Counted from the first letter of the stretch, positions 15,118 through 28,420 are shown. The stretch is 64,000 nucleotides of DNA from the human T2T-CHM13v2.0 reference genome, Homo sapiens (GCF_009914755.1 NC_060930.1); one strand, 5' to 3'. Notes: a model not told the origin generated them from the sequence alone. A program made the numbers and translations.

Positions 15118-17700
15118 TTTTAAAAATTAATTTTTAAAATTGACAAGTACAAATAGTATATATTTATTGTATACAACATAATGTTTTGAAATATGTATAC
15201 TTGTGGAATGGCTAAATCAAGCTAGTTAACATGTGCATCACTTCACATATTTATCTTTTTTTGTGACTAGAACACTTAAAATCTCTCAGTGATTTTCGAG
15301 AATACAATACATTGTTATTAACTGTAGTTGTCATGTTGTTCAATAGATCTCTTGAACTTATTCCTCTTATCTAACTGAAATTTTCTATCCTTTGACCAAC
15401 ACCTTCTCACCCAGCTCCCTCTCCCTACCCTGGTAACCACCATTCTACCCACTGCTTCTGTGGATTCAACTTTTAAAGATTCCATTTATAAGTGATGTCA
15501 TGTGGAATTGTCTCTCTGTGCCTGGCTTATTTCACTTAACATGATATCCTCCAGTTTCATCCATGTTGTCACAAAGGACAGGATTTCCTTTTTTTTTTAA
15601 AGGTGAAATAGTATTCCATTACATACATACACCATATTTTCTTTATCCATTTACCCACTGATAGACACTTAGGCATGATGTCATATCTTGGCTATTGTGA
15701 ATAACGCTGCATTGAGCATGGGAGTGCAGATATCTTTTCAACTTACTGGTTTCATTTCCTTTGGATATGTAGTGGAATTACTGGATCATATGATAGTTCC
15801 ATTTACATTTAAGGTTAAGTTTTAAAAAAAAATTAAAAAATTAAAAAATTTAATTTTTTGAGGGACCTCCATACTGTTTTCTATAATGGCTGTGCTAATT
15901 TACATTCCCACCAACCACATACGAGGATTCTCTTTTGTCCACACCCTCCCCAACACTTGTTATCATTGATCTTTTTGATAATAGCCATTCTAACAGGTGT
16001 GAAGTGATATCACATAGTTTTAACTATAAATTTCCTGATGATTTGTGATGTTCAGTATTTTTTCATACACCTGTTAGTCATTTGTATATCTTCTTTTGAG
16101 AACTGTCTATTCAGATCCTTTGCCTATTTTTAAATTGTTTTTTTTCTTGCTATTGAGTTGTTTGAGTTTCTTATATATTTTGGATATTAACCTCTTATCA
16201 GATATATGGTTTGCAAGTATTTTTTCCCATTCTATAGTGTGTTGATTTACTCTGCTGATTGTTTTCCTTGATTTGCAGTAGCTTTTTAGTTTGATGTAAT
16301 TCCATTTGTCTATTTTTGCCTTTGTTGCCTGTGCTTTTGGGGTCATATCCAAAAAATCATAGTTCAGACCAATGTCATGGCACTTTTTATCTATGTTTTC
16401 TTCTAGTAGTTCTACAATTTTAGGTCTTACACTTAAGTCTAATTTATTTTGGGTTGATTTTTCTATATAGTATGAGAAAAGGGCCTATTTTTTCTGCATG
16501 TAAATATCCAGTTGTCTCAATGCCATTTATTGAATACACTGTCCTTTCTACGTGTGTGTTCTTGGCACTTCTGTTGAAAATCAACTGACTGTAAATGGAT
16601 AGGTTTATTTCTGAGCTCTCTATTCTGATCCACTGGTTTATGTGCTTTTATGCCACTACCATGCTGTTTTGTAGGATATTTTGAAGCCAGGTAGTATAAT
16701 GCCTCCAGCTTTGTTCTTTTTGCTCAAGATTGCTGTGATTATTCAGAACTTTTTGTTGCTCCAAACAAATTGTAGGATTGTTTCTTCTATGTCTGTGAAA
16801 ACATGTTATTGGAGTTTTGACAGGGATTGTGATGAATATATAGATAGCTTTGGGTAATACGGACATTTTAACAATATTCTTCCAGTACATGAACATACCT
16901 TTTCACTTATTTGCATCTTCTTCAATTTCTTTCATCAATATTTTATAGTTTTCAGTGTACAAGTCTTTTACCTCCTTGGTTAAATGTATTCTTACATGTT
17001 TCATTTTCGGGGTAGCTGTTGTGAATGGGTTTGGCTTTTTAATTTCTTTTTCAGATAGTTCATCATTAGTGAATAGAACTGCTGCTGAACTTTATATGTT
17101 GACTCTGAAACTTTACTGAATACATTTATTAGTTCTAACAGTTTTTTTGGTGAATTTATTAAGGTTTTCTATATACATAAGATCATCTCATCTGCAAACA
17201 GGGACAATTTGCATTTAAAAAAATAATTTGGATGACTTTTATTTCTTTTTTGCCTAATTGCTCTGCCTGGGACTTCTAGTACTATGTTAAATAGGAGTGA
17301 TGAGAGTGTGTATCCTTGTCTTGTTCCTGATCTTAGGTGAAGAGATTTCAACTTTTCATTGTTGAATATGATGCTAGCTGGGGGTTTGTCATATATGGCC
17401 TTTATTAATTTGAGGTACATTCCTTCTGCACCTAAGTTGTTGAGTTTTTATCATGCAAAGATGCCACATTTTGTTAAATAGCTTTTCTGTATCTATTGAT
17501 GATCATATGGTTTTTGCCCCTCATTCTATTAATGTGGTGTATCAAATTTATTGTTTTGTCTATGTTGAACCATCCATGCACCTCAAAGGTAAATCCCACT
17601 TCATCACGGTGAATAATCCTTTTAATGTGCTGTTGAATTTGGTTTGCTAGTGTTTTGTTGAGAATTTTTTGCATCTATGTTCATGAAATATATTGACCCA
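15118..17700 (-). mobile_element. L1MA (MA8-like), 3' 2.6 kb
   Basis: 3'UTR gtggaatggctaaatcaagctagttaacatgtgcatc; degenerate ORF2 RT frames (..SLFADEMIL, ..[11 protein letters not shown]). Confidence 0.88.
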
Positions 17701-19784
17701 TATGGATCTATTTTCAAAAAGCTGTGTTATTCTGGCACATCAGTAAGTGAAAAAGAATACAGTCAGCTCCAATAAATTGGTTGTGAAATGGGATGGATCC
17801 GTGGGATGTTTACCATTCTCAGAATTCCATTCGGGGCCATCAGTTATGATGACAAGGTCTTTTAGTAGGGTGTATTTTGGATTAAGGCAGGATATCTTGG
17901 TTCTTATGGTTCTGAGACCAGCAGACTGTGTGAATTTGAGTGAGTCAATTCCCTCTCTGTGCATTTGTTTCCTCATTTAGAAACAAATAGTTGGGATTCC
18001 TTAGTTTTTAAAACTTTTAAAGTTAAACAGTCTAGGAATCTTACTAGTGCCATTCAACAGTTATTAATCATGAGTTTCATCTCTACTTTGTTTTGTCTTT
18101 CTCCACTTAAACTCCTCCCACACCTTATCAGAAGAGCTTGAATGAAGGAAAAGAAAGATCACAGTTTAGAGACAAAGGAAGAAATTGTTAATAGGTTATT
18201 AACAAGAAGTGTCAGTTTCTGTCTATCCCTGCACCATCTTGGGGCTTATCGTCAAAAGGTTTACCTCCCAGCATCAGCTCTGTGTGATTCCTGAGACATT
18301 GAGAACCAAGCCAGATAGCAGTCAGGAGCTCTATCTCCACCATTGGAGAAAGAGAATAGAAAGGATGTGATACTTGTCTGAATCACTCTCACTAATTGCA
18401 GAATCTCCTAGTCTTGGGAAGGCTTTGGGTATACTGAGGTACAGCTTTCAAATTCTAGGCTCCTTCTCTGTTTCTTGTATCCCAGTTTTCTACTCAAACT
18501 AGAAGGCCTTGACCTTCTACTTAGCTATTATAAGCTGCCTGCTCCTCACACTATAACAGATGGTGTTTCTTGTCCCCATACCTTCAGTCACTGTCTGACA
18601 TTTAATTTCACAGAACATAAGCCTCAATGTGCCCCTGATGCTTTTACCCACTAGACTAAAAGTATAGATGCATCCTGCTGACTTCTGCTATTGGCTTCCT
18701 TTCACCATATTGATCTCTGGGGTCTGGACATTAGTATTAATTGAGCCCAAAGTTTTTATGTGCTCTTCCTTTGCAATTTGGACTTCAGATCACCCTTGAT
18801 TCATAATTCAGTTAGATCCTAGCCTCATCCTTCTGTTCAGTCTTTCTTATAGACTACCATTGAAATCTTAGAATTTCTATCAGTTAACCATATAGAGTTT
18901 GACACATGGGAAAATAAGCTCTCATATTACTGATGTTTTTGGAGTGCTATTATGCAGTGGAGCCTCCCAAGGGTTTTCATTGTTTGACATATATTTCTCC
19001 TGGAAACCTGAGATATAAGCATTCTAGAAGCAAAATATTTTAGAGTTGAGTTGACCACATCAACAGAAATGCTTACATAGTTTTCTTATCTTTAATAGGT
19101 AACAACTGCATTGCAAATTGCCCTGCCAGAACTAGTGAGGAAATTAATTAATTGCCTGTTTATAATACATGGAGTCATTTCTGAGTGTGCTCAATTCACT
19201 TGTCCAAAAATAACTCCAAAAATGAATTGCACATTAGATTTACTGCCTATAATTTTGTAGCTTGTAGATGCTATGGTGAGAAGCACCACAAATTTACTAA
19301 TTTAGAAACAATTTGGGAATAGTTGAGTGGATATAAAGATATGTGATTCTGCTTTATGTACTCATATTTTGAGAGAAAGTATTTATGAGTTTGACCAGAA
19401 GGAGCTTTTGATTCCCATTAGTGGTCACAGCTGCTCACTGTGAACGTGGCAAGTTTGCTACATTGAAATGTTAATGTCTAACAGCTTAGTTGTCACGTCA
19501 AAAGGTATGAGGCAAAATTAAAATATGTTTTTGAGTGTTTGAAAATTCCTATGGAAATTATTCTTATTCCAAATGGTATAAATTTAGAAGAAATAAATAT
19601 TTTTTGGCATTTGAAATAATTACTTGGGCATCATCATTTGTAATGGCTCCAGCTCTTTGACCCATTGCCAAGGCAACTGCATTGATAATATAGACCCCTT
19701 TATGGTGTATAAAGTAGGGAGATTCCAGACCATGGAGGTTTGTTGGAATTCAAGACTTAGTTCTTGCAAAATTGATTTCAGAGA

Positions 19785-19950
19785 ATTATAGAGTGTTAAG
19801 TCTGCAAGTGCCCTTTGAGATCATTTAAACCAGGCCCTTGTTTTAAAGTTGAAGGAATTGAGATACAGGAGATTAAAGGAGTTGACCAAGGTCACACTTC
19901 TTTTTAGCAGAAGAAATTCTTGCAGAATTCAAGACTCCTGAGTCCCAGTT
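19785..19950 (-). mobile_element. MIR3-like SINE
   Basis: ctttgagatcatttaaacc...gaattgagatacaggagattaaaggagttgaccaaggtcacac. Confidence 0.6.
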
Positions 19951-21164
19951 TGATTTTCTTTGTATCATAAGCTGGAAAGAATTAGAACTAAATGAGAGAA
20001 ACAAGAGCTAAAACATTGCTTTCTCAGATGCCTTTATGTAGATTTCTGGTGAGGAAACTGAGAAACATAAAAGGGGATCTTACTCACATTTTATTACTGT
20101 TCTCTTAGATGGGTCTATAGTAATTTGTTTTTCATGTTTCCAATTTGATACTTTGACCTCTTTTGAATTTTATGCATAATTAAAATGGACGATTCCTTTG
20201 GATTTATGAGTTGGCTTTTGTTTTCAGTCAGTTATGGAACTGATGCCAGATAAATGAGTTCCAAGGAATTATGCAAAGTTTCTGTGAAGTTAGGGATAAC
20301 TATCCCACATGCTAAGAAAACGTGCCTTTGCCTTCTTGTTTGGTGACTGCATGCATTTAATTATGCACAGAATGTACTGCTGAAAGTCTGACTGGATACC
20401 TTCCACTTAGGAAAGGCTAATTAGTGACAGTGATGTTCTGAGTAGGCAGCCAAGCAAGAGGCTTCGTGATGGCAGCCAGATGGGGCAACTGAGCAGACAG
20501 CACAGGCCTCTGGAGGGCAGTGCCAACTTAACAGTCAGTCATCAAGCTATGTGTTTCTGGCTAAATGGAATGAAAGGTACTGAATGTTTTGGATGTGCAC
20601 TGTTTTTAGAGTTTAAGACATGCAAAGACAAGTAATTATGTATTGGGTTAGTACTTTTTTTTTTAATCCTAGTTGTCCTGGACTCATTTTGGAGTTCTAA
20701 CCTGGGTGATGTAGAGAAAAGCTCACTAGACAAGAGTATCAGCAGATCTTCAATCTAATTCCAGGTCTGCCACTAATCAATTGTGTACCCTTCAGCCTCT
20801 ACCTTCAGTGTTCTTAATTTAAAAATTAAGTACTTCTATGATTTTGTCTCTAAAATCTCTGAGCCATCTTGCTCTTCTTTTCTGCCCAATTTCCCTAGGC
20901 CCCGCTGATTGTAGGTTTGCTTACCTCTGGCTTTAAAAGAGGTACATCAATATTCTCTCTGTAGATAAAACTTTTTCTGCCTTGGCTACCAGGTCAGGCT
21001 TCTTTTTCAGGAGAGAAGCTTTTTGACAGCATCACCCTTTCAAGGTAGTGACTGTCATCTATCATCAAGGCTTACCAAAATAGCCTATTTGCAAAAATGC
21101 TTAGTGATGGCATTCATAACTGGATGGAAAAATCAGTAATTCATGATCTTGGTTTATTGATCCT

Positions 21165-21594
21165 TGTATTGGGTTAAATTGTGCACCACCTACCCCTTCA
21201 TATGTTGAAGTCCTAGTCCCCAGTACTTCAGAATGTGACTTTATTTGGAAATAGCATCATTGAAGACGTAATAAGTTGTTAGGATAAAGTTATATTGAAG
21301 TAGGGTGTGTTCCTAACAAAATACAACTGATGTCCTTATTTTTAAAAAATTTGGACACAGAGTTTCACACAGAGAGAATGCCATGTGAATACTGGAGTTA
21401 TGCTGCCACAAACAAAAAAAGTACCAGAAGAGGACTGGGACAGACCTTTTTCTAGTGCCTTTAGAGGGTACATGACCCAGTCAACACCTTGATCTTGGAC
21501 TTCTGGTTCCCAAAATGGTGAGACAATAGATTTCTGTTGTTGAAGCCAATCAGTGCATGGTACTTTGTAACAACAGCCCTAGCAAATGAATATA
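21165..21594 (+). mobile_element. MLT1B/C solo LTR
   Basis: tgtattgggttaaattgtg...cagaatgtgactttatttggaaatag...cagccctagcaaatgaatata; perfect TSD atcct. Confidence 0.9.
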
Positions 21595-22761
21595 ATCCTA
21601 ACAGAAATTAGATAGGTCATTGAAATATGTGTAAAATGTGGGTTTTTCTAGATGGTTAGGAAATTGCAGTGACTTAGTCCTGCCTCCTCCAATGCACTGT
21701 ATTCTCCATCAAGGTCAATATCACTGGGTTGTTCAAAATGATAGTAATTTTTGTATAACTTAGGATATGCAATACATTTATTAGGATGAATGCAACCCAT
21801 TCAGGGGTAATACCATTTATCATTCTTTAATATTTGATTATGTTTATGGTCTCTCAACTTAAACTGGCCTCAGAAGCAAACAGATATATAAAACTAGCAA
21901 ACAGATATGTAAAACTATCTTTGACTTTAAATAGCATTTGAAGTGCAGAAATTCTCATTTACCAAATAAACAAGGGGAAAAGTTTGATCTTAAACTTTTC
22001 TTCGCAGAATAGGTCAATTCACAACTTTAGCTTTTGATCATAGTAGCAATGAAGAGAGGAATTAACTGTGATCACTTTATATTACTAAGACCTGTCATCT
22101 AAATCTATCTCCAAAGATACCCCAAACCCAAAATATACTGAGAAAACTAGAAAAGAATTTATACAGCAGGGAGTAGGATGTGGGTGTGTGAAGAGAAAAG
22201 CCTAGAGTGAAAGGCACATTTTTTTCAGCACTTAGGTCCCAGCTGGAACCTCATTAATACTTATTAAAAAGAGTCATCTCTAGATATCCCCTATTTTCTA
22301 AGTGGGGGAATATTTTCTTTAAATCAACATATGCTACCCAGAAAAATCCAGGAATTTTAGATATTTTGGAAATTATTTGGGAATTCTATGGCTTTGGTTT
22401 ATGTTATTTGTCTAGTACTCTATGATACTCCCTCAAGCAGGTAGTCACTATATCCCCCGCAGTCAGTTTGATTCACCTCTGCATTAGTACCATGTGGGTC
22501 TCCAAATACCTTGCTGGATGCTCTGTGATGCCCAGACAACTTTAGTCTGGGAGAATAATGTTGGTCTGCCCACAGATTGAAATCCCAGGCATGAGCATGG
22601 TCAGTACTATATTTTTTTCCTCCTCAATTTGGCTTTTGATCTTGAGATACATTTTCAGTGAGTTCCTTTACCTTAAAAGCGGGAAACAAAAGATTAGCAT
22701 TATCTCTTTTTGGTACTAAAGAGAAAAGATAACTTGTTTCAAAAACATTTCTGACAAATTC

Positions 22762-23066
22762 TTTTTTTTTTTTTTTTTTTTTTTTGAGACGGAGTCTCGC
22801 TCTGTCGCCGTGGCTGGAGTGCTGTGGCGCGATCTCGGCTCACTGCAAGCTCCGCCTCCTGGGTTCACGCCATTCTCCTGCCTCAGCCTCCTGAGTAGCT
22901 GGGACTACAGGTGCCTGCCACCATGCCGGCTAATTTTTTTTAATTTTTAGTAGAGACGGGGTTTCATCGTGTTAACCAGGAAGGTGTGGATCTCCTGACC
23001 TCCTGATCCACCCACCTCAGCCTACCAAAGTGCTGGGATTACAGGCGTGAGCCACCGTGCCCGGCT
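22762..23066 (-). mobile_element. AluY
   Basis: gcaagctccgcctcctgggttcacgccattctcc AluY diagnostics; TSD gacaaattct. Confidence 0.93.
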
Positions 23067-23544
23067 GACAAATTCTAATTATCAGAAGAGGGAATGATGG
23101 TAAAAGATATTTTCATGCCGTCTTGGTAATCAACTGGGTAGTTAAAAAATTTATGTTTTTTAGTCCTAGATAGGGTGCAGATAATCTAGTACTTATTCTA
23201 CTTTAGAGGTAGAAAGAACAGAGGGTTTACATTTTATTATTTTTCTATACTAACCTAAACTCTAAATTTCCTAGCCATAAAGGTAAATAAAGATATCATG
23301 ATTACAAGCTTCTATTTTTTAGTAGAAAGTAACGTGTCATTTAAACAAGAGAGAAATAACTAACCAGCCTTGGTTTGTTGGAAAGGTCCTGCTTCTTGAT
23401 GATATGTACTAGGTTGGTAGAAGTCCTGGCAAAAGTTTTATAGAAGAATCTATTCTAAGTAAAGGGAGACCCTACAGGTACTGTTTTATAAACAACGCAT
23501 AGATTTGTGAGTTATCATGTATAAAATAAATTGGTGGTAAAAAT

Positions 23545-25525
23545 ATAACTATCATATGATCCAGCAATTGTACAACTGGGTATCTACACAAAGGAAAAGA
23601 AATCATTTTACCAAAAAGACATCTGCATTGCAGCACTATTCACAACAACAAGGGTATGGGTTCAACCTAAGTGTCCATCAATGGAGGATAAGGAAAATGT
23701 GGTATATACACAATGAAATACTATTAGCCATAAAAAAGAATAAAATTCTGTCATTCACAGGATCATAGATGAGCTTGGTGGACATTACGTTAAGTGAATG
23801 AAATCATGTCTTTTGCAGCAACATGGACGGAACAGGAGGCCATTATCTTAAGTGAAATGACTCAGACATGGAAAGACAAATACTGCATGCTCTCACTTTT
23901 AAGTGGGAGCTAAACAATGCATACACTTGGAAGCAGCGTATGGAGTGATGCACACAGAGACTCAAAGGGATGAGGGGAGTGGGAGAAGGGTAGATGATGG
24001 GAGGTTGCTTGATGAGTACAATGTGTGTTGCTCCAGTGATGGATGCACTGAAGGCCCTGACTTCACCAAAATATAATATATCAATGTAGCAAAATTGTAC
24101 TTGTATCCCATTGTGTCCGGAATTGGTGGGTTCTTGGTCTCACTGACTTCAAGAATGAAGCTGCGGACCCCCGCAGTGAGTGTTACAGTTTTTAAAGGTG
24201 GCGTGTCTGGAGTTTGTTCCTTCTGATGTTCGGATGTGTTCGGAGTTTCTTCATTCTGGTGGGTTCGTGGTCTCGCTGGCTCAGGAATGAAGCTGCAGAC
24301 CTTCCTGGTGAGTGTTACATCTCTTAAGGCGGTGCGTCTGGAGTTGTTCGTTCCTCCTGGTGGGTTCGTGGTTTCATGGTCTCGATGGCTTCAGGAGTGA
24401 AGCTGCAGACCTTTGCGGTGAGTGTTACAGCTTATAAAGGCAGTGTGGACCCAAAGAGTGAGTAGTAGCAATATTTATTGCAAAGAGCTAAAGAACAAAG
24501 CTTCCACAGTGTGGAAGGGGACCCCACGGGGTTGCCACTGGGGGCGGGCAGCCTGCTTTTATTCTCTTATCTGGCCCCACCCACATCTTGCTGATTGGTC
24601 CACTTTACAGAGAGCCGATTGGTCTGTTTTGACAGGGAGCTGATTGGTCTGTTTTGACAGGGTGCTGATTGGTGCATTTACAATCTCTGAGCTAGACACA
24701 AAAGTTCTCCACCTCCCCACTAGATTAGCTAGATACAGAGTGTGGATTGGTGCATTCACAAACCCTGAGCTAAACACAGGGTGCTGATTGGTGTGTTTAC
24801 AAACCTTGAGCTAGATACAGAGTGCTGATTGGTGTATTTACAATCCCTTACTAGACATAAAGGTTCTCCAAGTCCCCACCAGACTCTGGAGCCCAGCTGG
24901 CTTCATCCAGTGGATCAGGCACCAGGGCTGCAGGTGGAGCTGCCTGCCAGTCCCGCACCATGTGCTGCACTCCTCAGCCCTTGGGCGGTGGATGGGACCA
25001 GGCACTGTGGAGCAGGAGGCCGCGCTGGTAAGGGAGGCTCCGGCCGCGCAGGAGCCCACCGCGGGAGGAGAGGGGAGGCTCAGGCATGGCGGGCTGCAGG
25101 TCCCGAGCCCTGCCCTGCAGGGAGACAGCTAAGGCCTGGCGAGAAATCCAGCACAGCAGCTGCTGGCCCAGGTGCTAAGCCCCTTACTGCCCGGGGCTTG
25201 CGGGCTGGCCCGCCAGCCGCTCCCAGTGCTGGGCCAGCAGAGCCCACACCCACCCGGAACTCGCGCTGGCCCACAAGCGCCGTGCACAGCCCCGGTTCCT
25301 GCCCGCGCCTCTCCCTCCACACCTCCCTGAAAGCTGAGGGAGTCGGCTCCGGCCTTGGCCAGACCAGAAAGGGGCTCCCACAGTGCAGCAGTGGGCTGAA
25401 GGGCTCCTCAAGTGCCACCAAAGTGGGTGCCAAGGCTGAGGAGGCACCAAGAGCGAGCGAGGGCTGCGAGGGCTGCCAGCATGCTGTCACCTCTCACCAT
25501 GAATATTTACAAATAAAATAAAATA
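23545..25525 (+). mobile_element. L1MA/L1PB 3' fragments (two abutting pieces), interrupted by LTR12
   Basis: catatgatccagcaatt...gtccatcaatggagga...; tail ttgtatcccat|gaatatttacaaataaaataa rejoins across the LTR12. Confidence 0.8.
24112..25496 (-). mobile_element. LTR12 (ERV9) solo LTR, LTR12C/D/E-type
   Basis: Minus-strand termini tgagaggtgacagc ... ccaattccggacaca; 4-bp TSD ccat; repeated ATTGG (CCAAT) enhancer units; GC-rich U3. Confidence 0.95.
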
Positions 25526-25724
25526 ATTTGACGGCAATAAATTTTCTTTGACAAAAACAAGGTGGCCCATTTACAGTCTTTTTCCATTCTATGGAGCTGT
25601 TTGCTCTTGTTTCTATGGAGCATATATTCTCAATCAAAATCACCTGAAAATTGATAACTATAAGCCATCAATTGCAGATCTTGAAATATCTTTAATTACT
25701 CCTAATTTTATTCCATGGACAAAG

Positions 25725-26050
25725 TTAACTGTGGATTGCATTAGCCATCTGGCTACTGGCCAGAGACCTTCCTCAGTTCCTTTTCACATGGACCTCTCTT
25801 CATAGGGCAGCTTACAACATGGCAGCTGGCTTCCTTCAGAGTAAAGAATTGAGAGAGCAAAAGAAGGGGAAAAAGACAGAAGCCAGGGTCTTCTAAAAAT
25901 CTAATACTGGAAATGACACCCCATCAACTTTGTCATATTTTATTTAAGTGAGTCAGTAGGTCCAGCCCATATACAAGGGGAGAAGTCTCCACAGGACATG
26001 AAAACCGGGAGCAGGGCATCATTGGGAGCCATTTAGAGGCTATCCACACA
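25725..26050 (-). mobile_element. MLT1F-like LTR fragment
   Basis: catagggcagcttacaacatggcagctggcttcc...ggcatcattgggagccatttagaggc. Confidence 0.75.
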
Positions 26051-27469
26051 ATAGGTTTTGTTGAACTAACTGTAGTTGTTTTAATTGAATAATTTGAATT
26101 GATATAGCCCCTGTGGGACAAACTACTTTTCTACTTAAAAGGACAAACTACCTTTCTACTTAAAAGGTAGTTTGTCCCACAGGGGCTATATAGAAAAATA
26201 CATATTTAATAGGCTACTTTCCTTTACTGTTTCATGATATAATATTAAATAATATTTATATGGTATTTTAATATTTTCAAAGCATAGAAATGCTAACATT
26301 CTCAAAAGCCCTGTAAAGGAGAAATTAATATGGTCATTTTACAGGTGAAAGAGGTATCATTTAGAGAGATAACTGTATTTTACAATAAATGCAGCTAGAA
26401 ATATGGTTTTCATGATTATTTTAATGCATAATTTATAAGGACATTTTTTCATCAAAAAGTTTTGTACAAGTCTAGGGAAAAAGTGCTTAAGTTGTTTCTT
26501 TTGACTATCATTTGGTCATTTATCTGTATAGGTAGCCCAAAACATGTATATACACAAAAACTAAATTGTGTTATTTGGAATCCCTTCCAAATAATAATCC
26601 AACAAAACTAAATTGTGTTATTTGGGCCCTAGTGACGCTGGCCTAGAGTTGAGTTGCATTAAATTGGATTTCACGGCAGAATATTTCTGCTGTGAGCTAT
26701 TAGGAATAACCAAGTACATGGATCTGTTGGAGCTTGGTTCTACTTGCAGAAGACTGAAAAAATTTTATGATATATTTTTTTCCACCAGTATGATTCTTTG
26801 AATCCCTGGAAAGAAATCTTCTGTATTCTCTTCCTACTCACTTTAGAAATGTAGAGCAATAGAGGCTACAGCTTGAAGATGGACAGAAAATACAGGAAGG
26901 AAGGGAAGGGAAGGATGAAAAATTTCAAAGCTGGTAAACTGCAGGGTAGGGCATGTGCTGGAGTGTCAGCTATTCGCTCAAGATCAAGCTGCCCTGAAAG
27001 AGCCACTGCATCAATCCTGGCAATGTGGATCAGGGGTGACTGTTCTGTCCACTTTCACATAGGTCTGGCTAATGCTTATGGACATAACACCCTGATCAAG
27101 GCAGTTGTAAAAACTGGGCAAAACAGATTGGAGATAATGGATTTTTTGACAGAGTTAGATGGTTTCATACAGATTTTTCACCACCAGAATGGTGAAATCA
27201 GCTGTGCATGTAGAAACTGTCATGTTTACAGTCCACTGGATGAAAAACAGTAGCATATACCACGTAAATTATGAGAAAACATCTGAACTTCATATTTGCC
27301 TAAAGGTCGGTGGTTGGCACAGTCAGGAAAAAGTTTCTCAATTTTTTGCTAGTGTTCACAGTTTGAACTGCCTCTATGGAAAATAAATTCAGTCCGCTTA
27401 GCCTCATAAATGCGTTACTGCTTCCATGTTTTCTCCTAAAATCGCCACTTCCACAAGTAAAGAGGAATT

Positions 27470-28420
27470 TGAAAAACATATATATCAGATTATATCACTC
27501 CCCTTCTTAAAACTTCCAATGACTTCCTATGTCAGGTAGATCCAAGTCTACACTGATGACCAGACCCAAGGCCCTGTGTGACGGGGCTCCCCTCTTCTGC
27601 CACCATCCTCCCCACTGATTGTTGTGCTCCAGTTACACTGGTCTTATTTTTATTCAGACCATGTCAGCTTATTCTCCCATGGCTTTGCCTTTCGCATCAC
27701 TTCTGATTAGTGTTGGTTCCCCAAAGCATTATGTAGCTGGCACCTTCTAGTCACTTAAATTTCAGCTCAAATGCCATCTCCCCAGAGATATCCCTGATTG
27801 TCCAATCTAAGCTAGAGTTCTGTGTACTTCTGTTCTATTTTCCTATTTTATGTTCTTTGCAGAACTTACTACCATATGACATTCTTTTTTTTGGTTTACT
27901 TACTGATTGTCTGCCTCTACCCACTGGATTGTAAGCCCCATGAGCAGCGGAGCCCCCTCTAGCCTGTTTGACTTCTTCACAGTGATATCCCAGTACCTGG
28001 AACAGGGTTGGGCTGCAGTAGGTGTGGTAAGCACTTTTTTACAAGTTGAATTGAACCTGTATTTAAGCCAAATTGATCTAATTACAGGCTCCTAAATATG
28101 TCTGTACTCCTTGAATTTTTAAAACCATTTCCTTTGGTTGAATACTTCATGCTTTCTCTCCCTGTGTTTGAATATTGTTCCCAACTTTCAAAGCCCCATT
28201 CAGACACTATATTTCTCAACCACTTTAGCACATAGTTATGCCCCCTTTTATGCAGTCCTGTGCCTGTAATTGTCAGTAATCAGCTTTTAAATTTATTTGT
28301 CACCTTAAAGTATAGATTATCTTTTTATATGTGTATGTCTTTTGTCCTTGACTAGACTAAATTTTCCATTGCTATCAAATCATGCATACAATAAGTATTG
28401 AATAAATATTTGTTGGAAAT
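27470..28420 (+). mobile_element. L2 fragments (two tails, near 28055 and 28415)
   Basis: cagattatatcactccccttcttaaaacttccaatg...ccactggattgtaagccccatgag...gttgaattgaa; aataaatatttgttggaa. Confidence 0.7.

Noticed and set aside
20505-20522. Second CTCF-like motif CCTCTGGAGGGCAG
   Set aside because: Two deviations from the core, including the conserved AG
24140-24860. Repeat-spacer pattern resembling a CRISPR array
   Set aside because: These are the normal LTR12 U5 and U3 enhancer repeats in primate DNA; no cas genes
24829-25521. 230-aa ORF and overlapping ORFs
   Set aside because: They lie in the GC-rich U3 of LTR12; stop-poor by composition, with no recognisable domain
26873-27253. 126-aa ORF in unique sequence
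   Set aside because: It starts at TTG in a purine-rich tract and has no recognisable homology or coding exon structure
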